The notes under the pieces were generated by a model. That model had not been told where the DNA came from and did not search any database. It worked only from the letters and a program-made list of their open reading frames with translations. Shown one piece after another: positions 15,022 through 20,000 of a stretch of DNA of 20,000 nucleotides. Every line of letters starts with the position of its first letter. Positions within the stretch are counted from its first letter, which is position 1. The position numbers were made by a program, and so were the translations under genes. Origin of the DNA: an uncultured virus (IMG/VR IMGVR_UViG_3300026549_002477) (lineage: Duplodnaviria > Heunggongvirae > Uroviricota > Caudoviricetes); IMG/VR virus record IMGVR_UViG_3300026549_002477; one strand, given 5' to 3'.

Positions 15022-15095
15022 GGAATATTAGCTCAGTTGGTGAGAGCGGCGGCCTTATAAGCCGCGTGTCGGTGGTTCAAGTCCACCATATTCCA
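15022..15095 (+). tRNA. tRNA-Ile(TAT)
   Basis: gcggc-ctTATaa-gccgc. Acceptor ggaatat/atattcc. Confidence 0.92.
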
Positions 15096-15136
15096 TTTGC
15101 GATAGCAGTAATTTGCTTTTCGCAGAGATGCTTCGA

Positions 15137-15208
15137 TGGGGTTTCGCCAAGCGGTAAGGCATGGGATTTTGGTTCCCACATTCGTCGGTTCGAATCCGAC
15201 AACCCCTG
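15137..15208 (+). tRNA. tRNA-Gln(TTG)
   Basis: tggga-ttTTGgt-tccca, Gln-type D arm gccaagcggtaaggc, 1:72 mismatch. Confidence 0.9.
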
Positions 15209-15221
15209 CTCTCTCTTGTTA

Positions 15222-15414
15222 GATTCGGTAGTTAATAATGGTAGACACTGTACACAGACCGGATTGTTTGGAGGAATACCTAGGAGAAAACACCATAATA
15301 AAGACACTCCTACCAACAAACATTTATATTCGGATTTCTTGCCGAGCATCTCCTCGTGAGACTTTGCAAGAAGGCGCTGTGTTAGAAATGCGGGTTCGAA
15401 TCCCGCCCGAATCA
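15222..15414 (+). ncRNA. tRNA-like RNA D (~119-nt structured insertion in place of the anticodon loop)
   Basis: gattcgg/ccgaatc + A. D arm gtt-aataatggta-gac. T arm gcggg-ttcgaat-cccgc. acacag/ctgtgt closes the insert. Confidence 0.75.
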
Positions 15415-15591
15415 CAATGGCCATGACTTCAACTGCGCAGCACAAAGGCGGTGAATGATCGTGTTGTTGGAAGGCGGTTGCGACTGCAAAAAAGGCTAAC
15501 CGCAATTAGTGGTTGAAAAAGATATTTGAATATACTTGAAACGACATGCCTTTCTGGTTGAAAGATTGTCTTTCAGAAAATCGTCTCTGGT

Positions 15592-15631
15592 TGAAAACCG
15601 GATGGATGTCCTCATCTGTTCGGTTCTTTTT
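15592..15631 (+). terminator. Possible terminator at the end of the tRNA array
   Basis: Imperfect stem aaccg-gatg / catc..cggtt followed by a T-run. Confidence 0.4.
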
Positions 15632-15667
15632 ATGCCTGCAAAGAAATCATATTTCCTCAATAAGTGG

Positions 15668-15696
15668 TTGAAATGTATTTCTGTATGTGGTATAAA
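15668..15696 (+). promoter_or_regulatory. Putative SigA promoter of hsdM
   Basis: TTGAAA, 17-bp spacer, extended -10 TGgTATAAA. Confidence 0.55.
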
Positions 15697-15765
15697 TATA
15701 TTAGTGGATAATTCCGCAAAAAGTGGTTGAAACTTATAAATATGGATAAGGAGTTATAAAAAGGA

Positions 15766-17823
15766 ATGGCTGAAGAAGCAAAGAAGACAACGCTCAATTA
15801 TGTAGATGAGATATGGAATATCGCTGATTATGTCCGTGATGTAATCAGCCGTGCAGACTATAACAAGCTGGTACTGCCGTTTTCCCTTCTCCGCAGACTT
15901 GAATGCGCTCTGGAAAGCACCAGGGAAGATGTCGTTAAGGCTGTAAAGGAACACGAAGCAGAATGGGGACGGGAATCCGACAACTACTGCCAGTATTCCA
16001 AGAAGGCGTTTTACAATGTCACTTCTTTCCGGCTGAACAATCTCGGAGCTTCCGATACATACGACGCTCTGGATCAATACATCAATGGCTTTTCTCCGAA
16101 CGCCCGTGAGATCATGCTGAAGTTTGAGATGGAGAATACCTGCAAACGGTTACAGGACAAGGGAATGCTCTATTCCGTCTGCCAGAAGTTTGCATCCCTG
16201 CCGTTTGATCCTGAGACTGTATCTGACCGGGATATGTCCGACATTTACGAGCATCTTATCCAGCGATACGGCGATGAGATCGCGGAAGACGCCGAGGATT
16301 TCATGACACCCAAGGACATTGTCCGGCTGGCAACAGGTATGATCTTCGCAAACGACGACGAGCTGATGTCTTCCGACACAGGCATTGTCCGCACGCTCTA
16401 TGACCAGACAATCGGCACAGGCGGATTTGTCTGTGATGCGCTGGATCTTCTTGATAAATGGCACGAAGACAAGAAGATGAAGGCTCCGGCCATCATCGTT
16501 CCTTACGGTGAAGAGCTGTCCGGTGTTACCTGGGCTATGGCGAAGGCAAACCTTCTTATCCGTAATGTTTCTGACGAGTCCAGGGATGCTTACGACAGTA
16601 CGAAGGACCTGTCCGCACATATTCTTGAAGGCGATACGCTTTCGGATGACAAGTTCCCTGACACTCATTTCGATTACTGTATAAGTAATCCACCATATGG
16701 GAAAAAGTGGGAAAAAGAGAAATCCGATGTCGAAACGGAAGCCGCTCACGGCTTTTCCGGCAGATTCGGTGCGGGTACTCCTTCCATTTCCGATGGTTCG
16801 ATGCTTTTTATACAGAATATGGTCGCACACATGAAGACCGCAGAGGAAGGCGGCAGCAAGGCAGGTATTGTCCTTTCGGCTTCCCCTCTCTTCAACGGCG
16901 ATGCGGGAACCGGGCCGTCCAATATCAGACGTTGGCTCTTTGACCGTGACCTTGTTGACTGCATCGTAAAGATCGGACAGGGCGAGTTCTTCCGTACAGG
17001 CATCAACACCTATCTCTGGATTCTTAACACAAAGAAGCCGGAAGGCCGGAAGGGAATGATCCAGCTCATTGATGCCTCTGACCGGGGCGAGACCTTGCGG
17101 AAATCTCAGGGAAATAAACGAATCGCTCTCACAGAAGATGATATGAACTGGATCATCAAGACCTATATCGACGGACACGATGGCGGAAAGTCGGAACTTC
17201 TGCCCGTAACCGACTTCATGTTCCGCGCTGTTACTGTACAGAGACCGCTCAAGATGGTCGTCACATTTGATCTTTCCAAGTGGGACAGTCTTTTCGAGAA
17301 CAAATCTATGCAGAAGCTCTCCGGGGACAATCAGTACAGGCTCAAGCAGGCTGTTGCCGCGCATGAGGGTGAAACGGTTTCTTACGATTGGTGGGTTTCC
17401 CACGCAGATGATTTCCGGCACAAGATGGATAACCCGGAAGTCGCGAAGAAAGCGTTTACGGACGCCTTTATTAAAGCGTTCGGTGTAAAGACCGAGAATG
17501 ATGAAGACATTGTAAGAGATAAGAACGGGAACCCGGTCCCTGATCCTGACCTCAAGGACACGGAGAAAGTCCCGTATCTCGAAGATATCGACGATTATAT
17601 GGAACGGGAAGTGCTTCCGTATGTTCCCGATGCCTGGGTAGATGAGACCGTAGTAGATAACGGGCCTCTTGCAGACGGCAAGGTTGGCGTTGTCGGGACG
17701 CAGATCTCATTTGATAAATACTTTTATCACTACGAGGCTCCGCGTGATCCGGAGGATATCATGTCTGAAATCAAAGCTCTGGAACCGGAAATTGAAGAGG
17801 CTCTGAAGGGAGTATTTGCATGA
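15766..17823 (+). CDS. hsdM: Type I restriction-modification N6-adenine methyltransferase subunit M
   Basis: IWNIADYVR..LPFSLLRRLEC, FMTPKDIVRL, motif I variant YDQTIGTGGF, ISNPPYG, FFRTGINTYLWIL, C-terminal YMEREVLPYVPDAWVD. Confidence 0.95.
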   Translation: MAEEAKKTTLNYVDEIWNIADYVRDVISRADYNKLVLPFSLLRRLECALESTREDVVKAVKEHEAEWGRESDNYCQYSKKAFYNVTSFRLNNLGASDTYDALDQYINGFSPNAREIMLKFEMENTCKRLQDKGMLYSVCQKFASLPFDPETVSDRDMSDIYEHLIQRYGDEIAEDAEDFMTPKDIVRLATGMIFANDDELMSSDTGIVRTLYDQTIGTGGFVCDALDLLDKWHEDKKMKAPAIIVPYGEELSGVTWAMAKANLLIRNVSDESRDAYDSTKDLSAHILEGDTLSDDKFPDTHFDYCISNPPYGKKWEKEKSDVETEAAHGFSGRFGAGTPSISDGSMLFIQNMVAHMKTAEEGGSKAGIVLSASPLFNGDAGTGPSNIRRWLFDRDLVDCIVKIGQGEFFRTGINTYLWILNTKKPEGRKGMIQLIDASDRGETLRKSQGNKRIALTEDDMNWIIKTYIDGHDGGKSELLPVTDFMFRAVTVQRPLKMVVTFDLSKWDSLFENKSMQKLSGDNQYRLKQAVAAHEGETVSYDWWVSHADDFRHKMDNPEVAKKAFTDAFIKAFGVKTENDEDIVRDKNGNPVPDPDLKDTEKVPYLEDIDDYMEREVLPYVPDAWVDETVVDNGPLADGKVGVVGTQISFDKYFYHYEAPRDPEDIMSEIKALEPEIEEALKGVFA

Positions 17824-19094
17824 GTAGAGAAATGAAGGAAGTAAAGCTCCCTTGGGTGAAAGAAATACCTGTTGATTATGATGTTAGATTAGTCAAGAAT
17901 CTCTTTTCTATTGGACGAGGCCGAGTAATCGCAAAAACTGACATTGATTCTGATAATAACGGGAAAATGTATCCAGTCTATTCATCTCAAACTGCAAATG
18001 ATGGATGTATGGGGTACATTCCGTCCTATGATTATGAACAAGATAGCCTAACGTGGACGACAGACGGTGCTAATGCTGGAACAGTATTTTTAAGGTCGGG
18101 AAAATTTAATTGTACCAATGTATGTGGCATTTTAACACTAAGAAATAATGATAAGTATTATCTTCCGTTCTTTGGATATAGCGTTAATCTAAGCTCATTG
18201 AATTCACGCCGCAGTGATATTTTGGGCCATAAGGTTATGAGCAACGAAATGGCAAGATTTTCTGTTGTTTTTCCAATTAATATTGAGGAACAGCGTCAGA
18301 TCGTCCACTTCCTCGACCGCAAATGCACTGCTATCGACACCGCTATCGAGAAGACGAAGGAATCCATCGAGAAGTTGGAAGAATACAAAAAGGCAGTTAT
18401 TACAAAGGCTGTGACAAAGGGGCTTGATCCGGATGCGAAGATGAAGGATTCGGGGGTTGAGTGGATTGGTGAAGTACCAGAGACGTGGGGCATTGGTAAA
18501 TTAAAATATTTTTACGATATAACTCTCGGAAAAATGGTAAATAAGGACAACTCAGGCGATGAAGGTGATTCTTATTTGTGTGCTGCAAATATTAAGTGGG
18601 ATGGAGTTAATACAGATGTGCACAGAAGGATGATATTTACTAATAAAGAAAAAGAACAATATTTGTTAAATGATGGCGATGTTTTAATTATGGAGGGCGG
18701 AGCTGCAGGGACATCATGCATTTATAATAACGAATTTGCCCCATGTTACATTCAAAACTCTGTAAATAGGTGTCGTGGCAAGAAGGGACATGTTAATAAA
18801 TTCCTTTATTATTGGATGCATACAGCTTTCTATGCTGGGTACATAAATGTGGCCTGCAATCAAGCAACTATAATGCACTATACAAAAGAAAAGGTAGCCG
18901 AAACACCTTTTGTGCGCATTTCAGAACATGAACAGTTAGAAATCGTAAACTATCTCGACAAAAAATGTACTGAAATTAACAATCTTATCACAAAAAAACA
19001 GGAAGCCATCAACAAGTGGGAAGAATACAAGAAATCCCTTATCTATTATGCTGTAACGGGCAAAATTGATTGCAGAAATGAGGTCATTGAATGA
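17820..19094 (+). CDS. hsdS: Type I restriction-modification specificity subunit S
   Basis: Two TRDs separated by EEQRQIVHFLDRK...KAVTKGLDPDAKMKDSGVEWIGEVPETW. C-terminal YKKSLIYYAVTGKID. ATGA overlap with hsdM. Confidence 0.95.
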   Translation: MSREMKEVKLPWVKEIPVDYDVRLVKNLFSIGRGRVIAKTDIDSDNNGKMYPVYSSQTANDGCMGYIPSYDYEQDSLTWTTDGANAGTVFLRSGKFNCTNVCGILTLRNNDKYYLPFFGYSVNLSSLNSRRSDILGHKVMSNEMARFSVVFPINIEEQRQIVHFLDRKCTAIDTAIEKTKESIEKLEEYKKAVITKAVTKGLDPDAKMKDSGVEWIGEVPETWGIGKLKYFYDITLGKMVNKDNSGDEGDSYLCAANIKWDGVNTDVHRRMIFTNKEKEQYLLNDGDVLIMEGGAAGTSCIYNNEFAPCYIQNSVNRCRGKKGHVNKFLYYWMHTAFYAGYINVACNQATIMHYTKEKVAETPFVRISEHEQLEIVNYLDKKCTEINNLITKKQEAINKWEEYKKSLIYYAVTGKIDCRNEVIE

Positions 19095-19765
19095 ATGCAG
19101 AACAGATTTTTAATGAGTTTGCTAAATGCGCAGAATCAGACAATCAATACTACACGTTTGGAAAACACGGAATTATAGAGGATGTTCTTGCATATATGGG
19201 CTTACCGTCGAAGAAGTTTCACGGTGCAAACCAGGTAGTTCATGCCGATAATTTGAACACATTGCACGAGTTTATGGTTAAAACTGCATCAGATGAGCAG
19301 TTAATGTACATTTATAATATTGCTAAAGGCGAGAAAAAACTGCCCGAAGTGTCTCCACTTACTGACAGTGGAGGCAAAGTATTTGTTTCTATGCCTATGA
19401 ATAAGGATAAATGCCCTTATGTAGACGAGATTAGAAAAGGTATTGAACGTGCCTTAAAGGATACATGCAATACACCATACTTTTTGGATAAGGACCCGCA
19501 TAATGATAATATTTATGTCAAAATGCTCGAAGAAATAACTGCCTGCAAGTTCTTGGTTGCAGACCTAACATCACAAAACAATGGCGTTTACTACGAGGTA
19601 GGCTATGCAAAAGCACTGGGAAAGACAGTCATATTAACTTGCAAAGACGAAGATTTTAAAAACAGACATTTTGATATAGCACAAGTGCAAACGTTATCAT
19701 GGAGCGACGCGGATAGTCTTGCCAACGTATTAAGTCAGCAAATCAAAAACGCTCGTTTGAATTAA
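19091..19765 (+). CDS. Nucleoside 2-deoxyribosyltransferase-like (NDT/TIR-like fold) protein with an N-terminal helical domain
   Basis: KVFVSMPM...EEITACKFLVADLTSQNNGVYYEVGYAKALGKTVILT...HFDI. ATGA overlap with hsdS. Confidence 0.8.
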   Translation: MNAEQIFNEFAKCAESDNQYYTFGKHGIIEDVLAYMGLPSKKFHGANQVVHADNLNTLHEFMVKTASDEQLMYIYNIAKGEKKLPEVSPLTDSGGKVFVSMPMNKDKCPYVDEIRKGIERALKDTCNTPYFLDKDPHNDNIYVKMLEEITACKFLVADLTSQNNGVYYEVGYAKALGKTVILTCKDEDFKNRHFDIAQVQTLSWSDADSLANVLSQQIKNARLN

Positions 19766-19775
19766 GGATTCGCCT

Positions 19776-20000
19776 ATGATTAAAGAATTTGATCTGAACA
19801 TAGAAAAAATACTGGAAAACTGGGAAGTCTATCACGCTGTCCGGGAAGTTATCGCAAACGCCCTTGATGAGCAGAAACTGACCGGAACAGCCGATATCAG
19901 TATCCATAAAGAAGACGGTGTCTGGCATATTACCGACTATGGACGCGGTCTCAACTATCATCATCTCACGCAGAACGAAAGCGAAGAAAAGCTGAATGCG
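19776..20000 (+). CDS. GHKL (HATPase_c/Hsp90-like) ATPase, 5' part truncated by the window edge
   Basis: Not in the ORF track. Translates as MIKEFDLNIEKILENWEVYHAVREVIANALDEQ...WHITDYGRGL, giving the N-box ExxxNxxD and G1-box DxGxG. Confidence 0.85.
   Translation, partial: MIKEFDLNIEKILENWEVYHAVREVIANALDEQKLTGTADISIHKEDGVWHITDYGRGLNYHHLTQNESEEKLNA

Larger units (their letters stand above)
15510..15732 (+). repeat. Five direct repeats of TGGTTGAAA
   Basis: Copies start at 15510, 15555, 15588, 15665 and 15724. Confidence 0.85.

Noticed and set aside
13259..15730. Track ORFs across the tRNA array (e.g. 14111-14509, 14865-15359, 15077-15505, 15536-15730)
   Set aside because: They overlap clear RNA genes or repeat boxes, lack RBSs and have no protein-like motifs.
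15510..15732. CRISPR array (TTGAAA-ending repeats)
   Set aside because: The repeat is only 9 bp, spacing is irregular and there are no cas genes in the window.
16150..17421. 423-aa antisense ORF inside hsdM
   Set aside because: Shadow ORF expected from the codon bias of the GC-richer sense gene, with no recognisable motifs.

Overview
All plausible genes lie on the + strand. The window looks like part of a large Firmicutes-type (Clostridia/Lachnospiraceae-like) phage or megaplasmid rather than core chromosome; this is inferred from gene content and promoter/RBS style. It has three blocks. (1) 1-12460 is AT-rich and carries host-like accessory genes: a LigA C-terminal-like Zn-finger/BRCT protein with no ligase core, a solitary infC behind a long structured leader, a HEXXH-peptidase/VWA protein paired with a MoxR-like AAA ATPase, a ClpC-like ATPase, a DUF975-like membrane protein with a Q/N-rich tail, and dUTPase. 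(2) About 12530-15510 is a promoter-driven tRNA array with 12 near-canonical tRNAs and 5 degenerate copies; together they include three Ile(TAT) and an Ile2-like CAT. The array also holds four tRNA-like RNAs that keep the acceptor stem and T arm but have rebuilt D/anticodon domains, plus other structured spacers. (3) 15510-20000 is a GC-richer defence-type island: TGGTTGAAA boxes, type I hsdM and hsdS, an NDT/TIR-like protein and the start of a GHKL ATPase. The most novel-looking signal is the set of tRNA-like RNAs and the ~290-nt structured RNA inside the array. All RNA folds were done by eye.
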